NCBI GenBank assembly: GCA_002104945.1 | Contig: MCFH01000058.1 | Coordinates: 186,001-250,000, forward strand | Source: Piromyces finnis finn | Lineage: Eukaryota > Fungi > Neocallimastigomycota | Length of the DNA stretch: 64,000 nt | Reading direction: 5' to 3' | Shown: positions 12,945 through 28,183 of the stretch, piece after piece | Position numbering within the stretch: position 1 is the first letter of the stretch | Layout of the letters: every line of letters starts with the position of its first letter | Program-made: the position numbers and the translations under genes | The notes under the pieces: generated by a model | Seen by the model: only the letters and a program-made list of their open reading frames with translations | Database searches by the model: none | Told to the model about the DNA's origin: nothing

Positions 12945-14315
12945 TTATTATTATTATTATTATTATAAATTCATAATTTATAAATTTAATTATTTATCAA
13001 TATCTTCGCCCTTAAGATATAACTTCGTCCCTTGAAGTTATGAAAAGAAAAATAATAGATAAAGAATTAAATTTTATAAATAATTAAATATCTTCATTTT
13101 ATTACTTCTTCTTCTTCTTAGGATTTTCTTCTTTCTTTCTTTATATGCATGTTTAATTTCTAATGTCCTCCATTAATTTATTTTTAATATATAATTTTCC
13201 GGATATTTTTTTTATAGTAGCTGCAGTGTCTTTTTCAAATAAATTTATTCTTCATTTATATCCACATCAAATAAAGCTTACTTAAGGTTTATTATTATTT
13301 AAAGTTTATTTTCTGATACTTTTATTCCATTATCCACATATTATTTTGAAATTCATATAAGTTTTTAGAAGAGCGGAGCAGTGGGAATATAATGTTTTTC
13401 ATTCAGGTGAAATATACATTATAATTTTATTATTTTATAATATATAATTGGTATATTATAATTGATTATGGATTTATAATTGAATTATATTATAATGTTT
13501 TTGTATTATAATATTGATTTTATTTTAAATAATTTGAATATTTTAAATTTTGATATTAATGTTGTTTATTTAATTATTGGAATTAAATATTTGTGAAATT
13601 TTTTTTTAATATATATTAATAATATATTGGAATATATTAATATATATTGTTGAAGTATTGTTAATTCCGATTTTAATTAATTTTGAAATTAATTAAATTT
13701 GAAGTAGCAGTAGTTTCCTATGGGGAACAGAGAGGTTCGCGTAATTCCCTCCGGCCTTAAGACTAGCTACGCAGTAGATTTTTGGATTCTCCACCATTTG
13801 ATACGAAGAAAAATATTATCTTAATTCTATAAATGAATATAGAAAGTGATAATATTTGTATCTAAAAAAAAAATAAAAAAAAATAAAATAAAATAAAAAT
13901 AGAATAAATGATTTTTATACTTGTTCATTTGCAAGTCTTTGTTAGTTTAAAATATAAAATTATTTTATTTAATTATAAAGTTTTAATATTTAATAACTCT
14001 TGTATTATTAAATATATATATGTTATGGTTTAATACATCTTGAATGTATGTAAATATAATCACAACTATTATTATAATAAAATTTAATATTATTATCTAA
14101 TTTTTATGGATTATTAGGAACATCTTTTAAAATAAAATAATTCTATCACTATTTATACAAAATTATTATTTTAAAGTATAATTATAAACAAATATAAACT
14201 ATTTAATTTAAAAATAAATAAACAATTAAATAGACAAAAAGTTTACATTTATAGTTTTTAATTTAATAATTTTATACATGTTAATTATTTTAATTTTCAA
14301 CTATCTGTGTTTTAA

Positions 14316-14412
<97 letters not shown>

Positions 14413-14444
14413 AATTCATAATTTATAAATTTAATTATTTATCA
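12945..14444 (-). mobile_element. TRIM-like non-coding LTR element B, copy 1 (3' LTR truncated)
   Basis: LTR end 12945-12999; PPT about 13000-13012; about 800-bp internal region near-identical to 54678-55478; PBS TGGTGGAGAAT at 13786-13796; 5' LTR 13799-14444 with a long (ATT)n. Confidence 0.85.
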
Positions 14445-14447
14445 AAA

Positions 14448-15259
14448 TAATATAATTTGATAATAATCTTAATTTTGAATTTTACTTCAAAAAGTGATTA
14501 TTATATTATATCTTTTGTTATAACTATATAAGTTATATTGATTAAGATTTAAAATCGTTTTTATAAAAATTAATAAAATTGTTTTGTTAAAACACTAAAT
14601 GGTTTTATTAGAAACACTTGTTTTTCTAATATTTAAATATTTAAAATTTTATTTATTTAAGTATAAAAGTGATTGTTAAAATTATAAAATATTAATCTAA
14701 CTATATAATATTTCTTTATTAATAATAATAATAATGATTAAAATAAGAATATTTACATGTATTTATATTTTCTTTTAGATTTAAACTATTTACATTAAAA
14801 CAATAAAATTAATAACTATTTACAATAAAAGTAATAAAAGTAATTAGAAATGACAATAAAAGAAATAATTAAAAGTTAAAGAATATAAAAAGTTGTTTAT
14901 TTTACAATTAATTAAAGTAATAATTATTTTTTAATGTTTTAATAAAGGTGTTTAATTATATTATTTTATAACATGAATTATTATATTTGTTTACTTTTAA
15001 AGTGTAATTTACTAACGAAGTTATTAAATATTTAATTTAACAATTAATTTAACAAAAGTTATATATTTTGATCTCGATTAATTAAAGCTTATTATTTTCT
15101 TTCAATAATCAAAATATATGCAGTGTTTAGGATTAATTTTATTTAAGAATTTTGGTAAAGTACTTAATTAAACTATAACTTGTTTTAAGTTACTTTTAGG
15201 GTTAACTTAAAAATCAGGTATAATAATAATTTTATATTTATTAAATTCATTATTTATCA
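14448..15259. repeat. Solo LTR family A
   Basis: Colinear with 8358-9168; starts 3 nt after the B LTR end. Confidence 0.8.
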
Positions 15260-15262
15260 CAA

Positions 15263-16028
15263 TGTAATAATTATATTATATTTACTATATAATAATAATT
15301 ATTAGCTTTAAATTAATAATATAAATTATTATTAAAATGTGAAAATAAAGGTAGAATTAGAAACTTAATTTAATGAGTTTATTATAAGAAATTATAATAA
15401 ACAAACACCAAACGTATCAGAATTATTTTGTGTATTTAATAGTTTTTTAATATTTATTTTATTACTTATTATTTTGTATAAAGTTATTTATTATAATTAA
15501 TCTTATAATAATAACTTTTGATTTCTCAAATCGAACTCAAGAGTACTATTTATATGTTTTATTTTATTAAATTAAAATTTCTAAGAACATTCTAATCTTA
15601 ACAAAAATCTTTTTAGGAAAAGACTAGAAGAAAAACCTAAAAAGTTATTTGATTGATATTCTAATCATACCAATCATCGTAATATTAAGTAAAGCCGTTG
15701 ATAACGGGTAAAACCTTAATATCCGATTTCCTATTACATACTAATATATAGTTGTATAATATTATTAATGTAATTAGTATATGTTTTACCTTTTATAATA
15801 CAAGTGTATATAAATGAATGTATAAATACATAATTAAATAAATTAATTAATCTAATATAGTGAATGAATAATTATTAACTAAATAAATATTTACAATATT
15901 TAACTTAACAAATAACTATAATAGTAAATAAATATATTAATATAATTTAATGGATTAATGATTATTAACTAAATAAATTATTTATAATGTTTAATACTAA
16001 GAATAAATAATAAGTATTTATTCTTACA
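15263..16028. repeat. Solo LTR family K
   Basis: TGTAA...CTTACA termini; 5-bp TSD CACAA/CACAA overlapping the A LTR end; diverged inverted relative at 43112-43930. Confidence 0.75.
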
Positions 16029-16034
16029 CACAAA

Positions 16035-16656
16035 TGATAAATAATAATTATAAATATATTATACATTTGATATTAGTAGAAAATTTTATTATAAAATAAT
16101 TATTAAATAATTTTATATAGTTTATTATAAAAATATAATTTACATAAAATCAAATATTTTATAAATTTATATATTTGATTGGGTTAAATTATAAAAATAA
16201 TTTTTAATATAAAGAATAATAATATTTTTTTAGTACAAAAATGAGAAGACTTAGATTATTAATAATAAGTTAAATTTTAATAATAGTTGATATAATTAAT
16301 TAGTTAATACATAATAATATTTAAAAGACAAAAATAAGTTTTTATATAATAAAAATTATTGTTAAAAAGAGTGTAAAAACAATAAATAAAAGAAAATATA
16401 AAAACGAAATTAAACTTGTCTAATTTGTAATTATTGTGTTAATAATAAATAATATTTTATAGAATAAATCTGGTGTTATCATTCTATATAAATATTATTA
16501 GAATAATAAAACTATTAAAATTATAAAACAAATTAAATATATTAATAAAACTAGTAGATATTGTTAAAGCTCGTACAATAGCTGTCGAGATAAAACAATA
16601 TAAGATAACAGAAGAAATAGTTAAAAAGTTGTAATATAACTACCAATCCGTTATCA
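16035..16656 (+). repeat. Solo LTR family D (opposite orientation to the full D element)
   Basis: Reverse complement of 36671-37294; 4-bp TSD CAAA/CAAA. Confidence 0.85.
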
Positions 16657-16661
16657 CAAAA

Positions 16662-17091
16662 TGATACAATAGAAAAATATTATCTTAATTCTATAAATGA
16701 ATATAGAAAGTGATAATATTTGTATCTAAAAAAAAATAAAAAAAAAATAAAATAAATGATTTTTATACTTGTTCATTTGCAAGTATTAGTTAATGTTTAA
16801 AAATATAAAGTTTATTTAATTATAAAATTATATCATTATTTAATAACTCTAGTATTATTAAATAAAAAAAAATGTATGTTTTATATTCTAATTTTCAGGG
16901 ATTATTAGTAACCCTTTTAAAAATAACTTTTATTATAAAATCATTTTTGAATTTAATATTTAAAAATATATATCTAATTTTTCGCTCTAGATTATTAGGA
17001 ACATCTTTTAAAATAAAGTAATTCTATCACTATTTATACAAAATTATTATTTTAAAGTATAATTATAAACAAATATAAACTATTTAATTTA

Positions 17092-17122
<31 letters not shown>

Positions 17123-18310
17123 TTTACATTTATAATTTTTAATTTAATAATTTTATACATGTTAATTATTTTAATTTTTAACTATCTGTGTTTTAATATT
17201 ATTATTATTATTATTTGTAAAAGTTTTACTAAACTTATAATTTAATATTAAAATATTAAATTAAATAAAAGATTAAAGATAACTAGGTTAGAAAAAAATG
17301 TTTTATTAAAATAATCTTAATTGTTTTATAAATGAATAATTAAATTATGTATTATAGTTAAAATAATTTCTTTTTATTTTATTTGAAGAGTATGTATAAT
17401 AATAAGATTATTTAATAGTAATACTTGTTAAGTATTAATAAGGTAATAATCTTTACAAAGATTTAATTCATAAAACTATTCTAGACTATTTATACTATTT
17501 GTAATTTTGCATTTAATACTAAAATAACTTTTTAGTACATGATTATATTCATATATTCATAATATATTTTATAATACTAAGGCTAAACTTAAGACTTATC
17601 ACTAATTATTAAAAATAACTATTGTTTATATATTCATAATATTAATTATTTCTTAATTATAATATAATTCATTGAATATAATATTAGTAATTATAATCTT
17701 TTAATTCAAATATTATAAGTTATATTATTGAAATAATTATTATAAAATAAAGTTAATTAATTCCGGAAAATAATTTTAATTTAATTAAAACAATAATTTA
17801 TATCCTTTTGGGTGAATGATTTATGTTTGATACATCAGGGGTGATCATTCTCTGAATAAACAATTAATCATTACTAACAAAATATCTTTAAATTGGAATA
17901 TCTCGTGAACCAGCAGAGATATTGACCTGATTTTAAGATATGTTGTTTATCTCAAGCGTGGCTTTTTAACGAACCCACAATCTCCCAACAATAATTTCCA
18001 AAAAATCGTCATTCGTTGAGGAGATACGCGTGTTTTCCCTTATTTAATTTTGACGATAAGGGTTAAAGTTATTTGTTATAAAATTATTAAGGGTTAAGGT
18101 CATATCTTAACCTTTTCTAAATTTTTTAAATATTTCTTAATATAATTTTATAATTTATTTGAAAATAAAATATTATTGATTTTGAAATTTTATAAGTAAT
18201 TTCACAATTTCAAGTGATCTTGAAATTGCAGATTCCACTAGTATTCGTGACATTATTATTATTATTATTATTATTATAAATTCATAATTTATAAATTTAA
18301 TTATTTATCA
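16662..18310 (-). repeat. Solo LTR family B interrupted by a G solo LTR
   Basis: B-LTR sequence at 16662-17215 resumes at 18253-18310. Confidence 0.75.
17216..18252 (-). repeat. Solo LTR family G (diverged)
   Basis: TGTAAAAG...GTGACA termini as at 28643-29831; 5-bp TSD TTATT inside (ATT)n. Confidence 0.85.
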
Positions 18311-18313
18311 AAA

Positions 18314-20410
18314 TGATGCGTTGACCGATATATTTGTGAATAATATAATGTTTTTAATAAATAATAAATTCTATATTATTATGATGAAACAATAAATTTA
18401 AAATAAAATAAAATATGTTTTATAATTAACAAATAAATCACTCAAAACTCGAAAATAAACTCTTATTATGTTTTAAATTAAATCTTTATTATATTTTATA
18501 ATTTATTTATTCTCTATTTATTGTCCGCCCTTTATAAAGAAGAATTTTATCTTCCTTTTATACATTTTCATTTATTACATGTATTATTATTTTTAACTAT
18601 TAAATGTTATTATTACTATTGTTATTATTTATTAAAATTAAAAGAATAAATTAAAATTATGTCTTAGTATTATAAAATATTATAGAATATTACTTATTTG
18701 ATTTTCTTATTACTTCAAAATGTTTAAATTTAGAAAAATTATTATAAATTATCATTGACTATCATTAAATGTATAATACCTTGAATAAAATAATTAAAAT
18801 TTAAAATTAAAATAATATTAAAATAAAATTAAAATAAAATTAAAATAAAAATTTAACAAAATTAAAATATTAAAAGTATCAATTATTATAAACACTCATT
18901 TTATACAGAAACATAAAAGAGTTCTGTATTTTATCTTTGGAATTGTTATTATTGTTCTATTTCCAGGTTTTAAGTTTATCATTTTAATAATAATTACTCA
19001 ATTAGTTATTTATTAATTTATAAGTTTAAAGAAATTTCTAAAGAACACTTGGATAAAACACTAGAATTAATAATTTGATGTATATCATTTTATTTTTAGT
19101 TTATTTATTCATTTTTATTTATTTATTTATTATTATTTTATTATTTTAATACATTATTGGATTAAGTCATTTTATTTTATTTAATAATTTATTTTATTAT
19201 TATCACAATTAGGTCGTTTTTACTTAGAATTTATTATATAATAAAGAGAATATTATTTATTTAAAAAAAAAGGGTTATATTTTCATAAAATTATTATTCA
19301 TTCATTTTTAAAGGTTATTTTCATTTATTTTTATTATAAGTTACTATGGGTTAAGTCGTGTGTTAAGTTTTTGGATTTGGTTATGCGGCCAGGTCAGAAT
19401 GTTATCAATTATATAGTAAATATGTTTTTAAGAAATTAAATTTAAATATAAAATAACCCTTTAAACTTCCAAATGAAAAATTAATATTTATTCTTTAGAA
19501 TAACTTTTTTTTTATAAAATTTTATTTATTTATTAATAATAATATAAATGATAATATATTTAATAACTATATAATTAAGATTATAACTATAATCTTTACA
19601 AAGAATTAAAATCAAATTCAATTCATTCTATTTTATATTCTTTGTTCAGATTATTAAATTGATAAAAATAAAGTATTACATGTAATATGTTAATAATATA
19701 ATAAGATTGTTTGTTTGTTTGTTTGTTTGTTTTGTCATGACATAAAATAAAATAAACATATGATTAATCATTTAAACACTTGATCCATTAACCTATTTTA
19801 TAATAATTAAAATTATTTAATTTATAAATGTTAACTGTTACACCTAAATGGTTTAGTTCTATTTTTAGTAACAGTCACTATCATTAATTAAATTAATATA
19901 ATTAGAATTTCTATTGATATCTTTTTAATTTTCGTCAAGTCATAAGAAATGTCTATGATCCATACTTGATATCATATTAATTTTAATTTACTTATTAAAA
20001 TCTTCAAATGATCATATCTTCCTTAAATGACCAGTTAGAAGGACCGCGATTATACCAAAATATAGCTTTTCCCTTAAGCTTTCTAATAAACTTGGTTTCA
20101 CAACCGTAGTACTTACAGCCGTAGCACTCGTTTTTGGCGAGTTATGCGTAGTTTCGTATTTGTTTGTTTTTGACTAAGGGTTATAGTGTATTGATATTAA
20201 ATTTTTTGAAATCATAACCCTTTCACTGAACCAAAATTTAAAAGGTGACTTTTAAAGGTGTTTTAAAATAATTATTGGGATCATTTAATTCTAATTATTA
20301 TGTTTAATTAATTATAGATATTATCTGAATTTGTTTTAAATCCAGTTAATATCTTCACAACGTGTTTATTCAGCTAGTTTTTATCATGTTTTTATGTGAG
20401 TAGCGTATCA
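18314..20410. repeat. Solo LTR family C interrupted by solo LTR I
   Basis: TGATG...GTATCA termini; uninterrupted copy at 42057-43108 shows the empty site aagtcgtgtttatt. Confidence 0.8.
19361..20359. repeat. Solo LTR family I
   Basis: TGTTAAG...CTTCACA termini; TSD TCGTG/ACGTG; copies at 43939-44899 and 63277-63851. Confidence 0.8.
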
Positions 20411-20415
20411 TAAAT

Positions 20416-21077
<662 letters not shown>

Positions 21078-21604
21078 AAATAATTGTAAAAGGTGTTTTT
21101 ATAATATTAGTTAATAAGTTATTAATATTTAGCTAATTAAGTTAGTTATTACCTCTCTATACGAGTTAATAACTAAATAAAGTTTTATAAAAAATAATAA
21201 AAGAAATAAAATAAATATTATAACACTAAAATAATTACAAACAAACGTATAAAGATTTTATGAAATAATGTTTACTTAAATAATTCTATATTAATTATAT
21301 CTTTTATTTATTAATTATAATTATATACATTAATTATTATTATAGTTACTAATTTACTTTAATACTAACGCTAAAGTATTTAACGTTAGTTTCAACTATA
21401 CTATTTAACTATATTAGTTTATTTTCTTTACCACTTGATTGGGTAAAGTAAATAAACTTCCTATTTAATTAATAACCATTAATATATGGTTATACATATA
21501 TCTGGCCAATAAATGGTGACCAGAATATATGGTTTCAATTGAAATATTTGTGGGCAAACTTATGGCCACAAATATTTCTTACAATGCCCCCCTAAGGAGA
21601 AAAC

Positions 21605-24600
21605 CTAAGCAGGGTTTTGGACACTAACCATGAATTCCTGGTAGCATTTATCTTGAAATTCCTTGAGTAGCTTATCATAATGGGAGTTCTTGTCAATGAT
21701 ATCAGCATCAACCCACTTTTGCCTAAAGTCACTAAAGGTAGCTAAGTATTGATAGTTATCCTTCTTTCTTCTGGCATTCATGATTTTGATGATTTTCTGG
21801 TAGCTCACTGGTGCAGGTGTTAGTTATTCAGGTTTGTTATGGTAGGGTTCAAGTTCACTGATATGAAACACTGGGTAGACGTTGGGGAAAGGTGACTTGC
21901 TGATATCCAACCGGTAGTTAAGCTTGCTTTCATCAATTCCAATAACCTTGAAGGGACCGTACTTTCTTGCTTGTAGCTTGTAGAAGGGAAGAGGGTTGTA
22001 ATTTTCTGGTTTTCTTAACCACACCAAATCCATGAGCCTAATTTTAGGGTAGTTAAGTTCTCTTCTATGGTCCAAGTGGTCTAAGAACCGTGTTCTTGAT
22101 ATGTCCAGCATGTGCTTTAAGTTACCTAAGTTGTGAGCGAAGCTATCTAATATAGGAGCTTCGCCAAGTGTAAAGATATAAGATATATCTTTAGATTATT
22201 TAATAATTAATTATTAATTATTAAATAATAAATTAATATTTAGTAAAACTGATTATAAAATTTTTGAATAAATTTTATGGAATAATTTAATAATAAATTA
22301 TTTTATAATAATTCCGTTAAATTTAAATTAAGATAAATATTTAAGTTTAAGGAATAAAAGAATTTTAATTAAATTTAAATATTTCAAATATTTAAAATAA
22401 TTAAAATATTTTTTAAATACTTTTTATTTAATTTTAGAATAGATTATACTTTTTTATTTAAATTTAGAATAGTTTAATAATTTTAACTTAGTTTTAAAAA
22501 TAGATTTATTTATATTTCAATAGGAAATATATTAAGAATAGTATTGATAATATTAAATTAATTTATAGAAAATACATGGGCTTTATTCAATTTTGAGTTT
22601 ACTCAAATTGAATTAAAAGTATAATGAATTAGTTTAGTTTAGTTCTGTTATTTTATTATTTAATTAAATTAGTTTTGTTTATTTTATATTAAATATATGT
22701 TTATTTAAATAGAATAATATATTAGAATATAATTATGAAAAAATATAAATACATGTAATTTTTATTTGTTAAATCGATGTAATTGTTATTTTCAATTTTT
22801 TAATTATTAACTATTATATAGTTAATAATATTTTTAAGAGTTTAAATAAAATGTTTTCTTAAAATAAAAATTTAATGTTTTATTTTTTTATTTTTGTGTT
22901 AATAAAAATTGTTTTGTTTTAAGTATGAAATCTGTTTTAAATTTTATACTTTTACACCAAGTGAGTGGACAAGTTCTGAGTCTTGAGGGTTCATATGTAC
23001 CTGGTAGTTATACAAGGCTAGGAATGGGGACTGCTTAGTAGAACTGTGCACTGCATTATTATAACAGAACTCAGCTAAGTACAAGTACTTCAACCATTCG
23101 TCGTCATCAAAGGTCTTCACAAAGCATCTAAGGTACATACTTACGTAGGAGTTATTACGTTCTACCTGACCAACTGTTTCATGATGGCCAGTAGTAGCAA
23201 GGTTTACTTCTACGCCAAAGAACCCCATAATGTCCTTCCACAATTTACTAGTGAACTGGACACCACGATCCGTAGTAACCGATTTGGGACAACCATGTAA
23301 CTTGAATACATGTTGTAAGTATGCTAAGGCTGTTTCTTTAGCAGTAGGCATACTCCTAAATCCCACTAAGTGTATCATTTTGGTTAACTTATCGCTACAA
23401 ACCATGATACAACCTCTTCTAGTGACTTCTGGGGGTTCTGAGGGACTACTACCTGGTTTTCTGCGTTCCTTAATAGGTAGGTCCGTCAGGAAGTCAATTT
23501 CTACTTCTTGCCAAGGTAAGTCTGCAACTTTTACCCTAGCAGCGCTACCGTACGGCTTGTGTCTGTTGTCCTTTTGGGTACAACATATGGTGCAAGCTTT
23601 AATATAACCCGCAATGTCATCCTTCATTTTTGGCCAGTAATAGTTTCTGGCTATCAGGTCGTAAGTCTTATCCTTTCCTAAGTGACCCGCTGTTTCACTA
23701 TCATGGTTAAGTTTTATGATTGTTTCCCTTAACACCTTTGGTACATATGTACGTTCTGGTGCATCCTTCCTAACAATCAACCCATTAACCATCAACCACT
23801 TCTTTTTGATGAGCTTGTGGCCTCTTTTTGCGTCAAGACCATCTCTAATTTCCCTAGCAAGCTCATCCGTGTTGTAAGCTTGTTTCAATTCTCCCACGAA
23901 GCTTACTTCTAACACCGCATAGCACTCTTCTTCCACGGGTGGAAATTCTTTTACCTGTTCAGGTCGAAGAAGGCTAGCTTTTTCCATCTCCAGTTGTACC
24001 TGTTCTGGAGATACCATTCTTGATAGGATATCGGCTCTACCATTCATTTTTCCTGGCCGATATATTATTTCGAAGTTGTATGCAGCAAACAGCTCTTGCC
24101 ATCTTGCCTGTCTTGCTGTCAACAACTGTGGTTTTGTGGCGAACAGGAGATTCCTATGGTCACTATATACTAGGACCTTATGTTTCGCACCCATCAACAG
24201 GTGTCGCCACTCGATGAAAGCATTCCTAATAGCCAACAACTCCTTTTCCGTGATGGAGTAGTTGATTTCTGCTTTCGTAAGCTTCTTGGAATAGTAATAC
24301 ACAGGGTGTAATTCGTTGTCATCGCCTAGTTGTGATAATACACCACCCACCGCGTAGTTACTAGCGTCGCACTCCACTATAAACTGACGGTCATGATCAG
24401 GATATGCTAATACTGGTGGAGACAACAGCATTTCTTTTAACTTCTCGAACGCCTGGATGCGTTCTTCATTCCACAGGAACTGTACCTTTTTGGACGTCAT
24501 AGCATATAACGGCCTTGCTATCTTAGAGAAGTCCTTTATAAACTTCCTATAATAGTTGCAGAATCCAAGGAATGACTGTAGTTCTTTGAGGTTGGTTGGT

Positions 24601-27600
24601 TGTGGCCAACTTGCTACAGCTTTTAACTTCTCTGGGTCGGTTTTAATACCATATTTTCCAACTACATGACCCAGGAATGCAAGTTCTTCCTTGTGGAACT
24701 CACACTTCGCTAACTTAGCTACTAGACGATTATCTATTAGCTTTTGTAGGACTCTTTTTACATGCCCTACATGCTCTTCAAGTGACTTGGAGTAGATGAT
24801 GATATCATCCAAGTACACTTGACAGCAGTCATTGATTTCCTCTGCCAGCACCGTATTAATGAACCCTTGGAACGTGGCAGGAGCATTAGTCAACCCAAAT
24901 GGCATCACTAGATATTCATAATGCCCAAACTTGGTTGAGAATGCCGTCTTGTATTCGTCACCTTCACGAATACGCACGAGGTTGTAGGCAGACTTCAAAT
25001 CCAACTTGGAGAAGATAGTCGCGCCTTTCATAGCCTCGAACACTTGACTGATGAGTGGTAAGGGGAAGGAGTTACGCACTGTTACCTTATTAAGACGCCT
25101 ATAATCAGTACATAGTCGTCTTTCACCACTCTTTTTGGGCACGAATAACACAGGATAACCTGCAGGACTCTCTGACTTCCTGATGAAGCCCTTTGCCAGG
25201 TTTTCCTCTATATATTCCTTCAGTGCTTTTTCCTCTTCTGGATTGAAGGGATATATAGGCCCTTTATGAAGACTAGCATCCGGCTCCAGGTCGATCTTAC
25301 AGTCGTAAGGACGGTGTTCTGGTAGCTGGTTGGCTATTTCTTCATTAAATGCTTCTTTGAAATTGTGGTAGTACTTCTCCACGATTTCTTCAGGTGTAGG
25401 TTGATTTTCGTTTAAGTTTTCTTCCTGTACCAACCCTACGTAAATGTGATTTTTCTCTAAGTTCGACTCTTGTACCAACCCTACTGAAACACAAGTTTTC
25501 TCTAAGTTGGATTCAAATGCCAACCCTCCGGAATCACATTTTTTCTCTAAGTCAACACTCTGTACCAACCCTACTGAAACGGGATTTTTCTCTAAGTCAG
25601 AACTCGATGCCAACCCTCCGGAACTTCCGTTTCTGGTTTCTCTTGTAGCCTTGTGGCTACCATTACCCACGATTTCGACTTCTATGTTTTCCGCAGTTAC
25701 AGTTACCAGAGGCCTTCTTGCTTTTGCATTAGTAACTGTAGTTATGGGACTTAATTGAGTACAGTAGTAGATGTCGCCACCATTTACACCATAACTGTTG
25801 GTATGTCCTTTATCCTTATCATTATCTACTACGAAGTACCTCACTTGTGCATCTTTATCATAACCTCTGTAGATAAAGTGCTCATCCATGAAGCCCAGTC
25901 CCACAATGATCATCTCCGGCATGTTGTCGGATAGGTGACAACTTGTGTTGAAGCAGTATGGTTTAGCTTCTTGTTCGCCAGATGGAGTTAACCATAACTT
26001 CAACTGCAAGTCATCTGAGAACTGCTTTAACTCGATATCTCCATTCACAGTTCTGAATATGGCTGGTTTGTCCACTACCTTTAACCCGAGCTTCTTTGCT
26101 AAATTTGGGTGGATGAGGTTTGTAGTGGAACCAGTATCATACAAGACTTCTACCCTTTTTATATCTCGAGGGTTGCTTCTTGCATTTATTTCAGCTACTA
26201 GTTGGTTCTGACTGTAGTAACTGTTATTGACCGTCGTTTGACTTGCCATAGCCTTAGGTAATGGGTTATTTCCCATACTAGAAGGTCCTTGCCTTGGTTG
26301 GAAGCTAGAACTTCTTCTAAAGCTTGACTTATTTAAGGATTCACGACGTTCTTTAGTACCGTTGTTGTTTTTTGCGTAAGCCTGAGTGTTGGTCTGCTCA
26401 ACTTTAGGCTTATTATTTGGCTTGTTGTTCTTCTGCTTTAACTCAGCCCATCTAGATGGTCTACATGGGTCTGTGATGTCCAACAATGCCATAATAATGG
26501 TCTGGCGGTCTCTTTTGTCGTACTTTTCTATGGTTTCATTACGGAAGACTGCTTGGTGATCATCGCACTTTAACAAGACTTCACTTAATGTTTCTAGCGT
26601 ACGTTCCTGTTCAGGGATATCATAGAACGCTTCCCGGACAGAAGGCCTGACCTGTTGTATTAACACCTGTCTCCTAACATTTTCAGGGAGCCCAAGTGTT
26701 TCCGTCAATTCATTGAACTATTCCAAGTAATCGTATGCTTTTCCCCACTCATGTGTGAGCTTAAGCAACTTTGACTTGCAGAGTTCATGGGGAGACTCTG
26801 GTGGAAACTTATCTTGAAGGTGGAGGAATAGTCTTTCAGCATCAGGATTCCTACGCTGCAACATCCTCTCTCTAAGTCTATACCATCTCAATACTTTCCC
26901 ACCTAGATGATCTTCAATGAAGCTAACCTTTGCCTTTTCGTCGTTACCATAGTCATATGGGTAACGTTTGAAATGACGTAAGCATTTCTCTTGAAAACCC
27001 TCTAAGTCTATCCCATTATTATCAAACATAGGCACTTTTTCTTCATACATATGTACTCGCCAGTCGAACATCTTCACGTCCCCATCCTCGGAGTATTCCG
27101 TAGGGTTGGTGCTACTACTAGTTCCAGCACCATGAGGATTACCCATACCACCGGTTTGATAGGATGTTCTTTCATGAGCTCTGGCTTCAGCTCTTCTGTT
27201 CATGGCTTCGACTTTAGCCTCGAACAATTTTTCTCTTTCTTCTAGAGCGTTTCGTTGCTCCCTCAATCTGGCCATCTCTTCTTCAAGCTCTTTTTTATAA
27301 GAGACAAAGGCACTAGATTGGCGGTACAACGTTTCTTGGTTGTTTAGCACTTGCTGGTGGTCTTGTAACCTTTCCTCATGTTCTGCAGTAAAGGCATTTT
27401 CCACAGCATGCAGCTCTTCCAAGCTAACTTGGCTAGCTGACTCATTTGCTTCCAACCTTTGATCCACTTCAACAAATTTTTGCTGAAGAGCATCGTTTAT
27501 CTCGCTCTTGTAAACCTCAATACCCCGAAGTTGTTCTTCCATAGCACCCAGACGGTTTCCCATACTAGCAAACTGGCTAGATATTTCCGAAACCCATCTA

Positions 27601-27746
27601 TTAAGAAGAACTTCAATGTGTTGCATTGGGTTTACCTCACTATTATTAGTAAAAAAGAAAGAAGGATCAACAGGGGCGGGCATAGAATCCCCCTGTTGAA
27701 CCTGTAAATTCTGATTAGATTCGACCTCGGTGCTTTCGAGAAGCAC
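21605..27746 (-). pseudogene. F gag-pol single reading frame (Gag, PR, RT, RNase H, IN, chromodomain-like) with two in-frame stops and an LTR insertion
   Basis: LYDTGS protease, YLDD RT, H-H-C-C and DDE integrase, GPF motif; TAG at 26718-26720 and TAA at 21824-21826 are in frame; removing 22169-22956 restores LVHSLG-EAPILDSF. Confidence 0.9.
22169..22956. repeat. Solo LTR family J inserted in the F integrase
   Basis: TGTAAA...TTTACA termini; 5-bp TSD CCAAG/CCAAG. Confidence 0.9.
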
Positions 27747-28183
27747 CGGGGTTCGAACCCGTTACATTCCCTCTACACCATCCATGCCATCCGCGCTCGC
27801 CGCGTCAGGACGGGTCCCGTCCCTTACGAATGATGTTTTTGTGTCCAATTTATGGACACCTCGAGGGTTAGGAGACTTACCTGTATTTTTCATTTCTAAT
27901 TCAAAAATAAATTCTTTCAATAAATTAAAGAATTTATTATATAAAATATGATTGTGATGAATTTTAAAATTTGAAATAATGAATTTTTTATTACTAAACT
28001 ATTAGAAAATAATTATTTTTAATGATAAATTTACTTCTTTTAAATATAATATTTGAATATTATATAAAATATTGTAAATAATTATTATTAAACAATAATT
28101 TAAATAAAATAAAATATGTTTTTTAAGAACTTTTAATAAAACTAACCTAATTAAAACTAAGCTAACGTAAGAACTAACTATAA

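Noticed and set aside
23230-27951. Plus-strand ORFs antisense to F gag-pol
   Set aside because: Shadow ORFs favoured by the higher GC of F; no recognisable domains.
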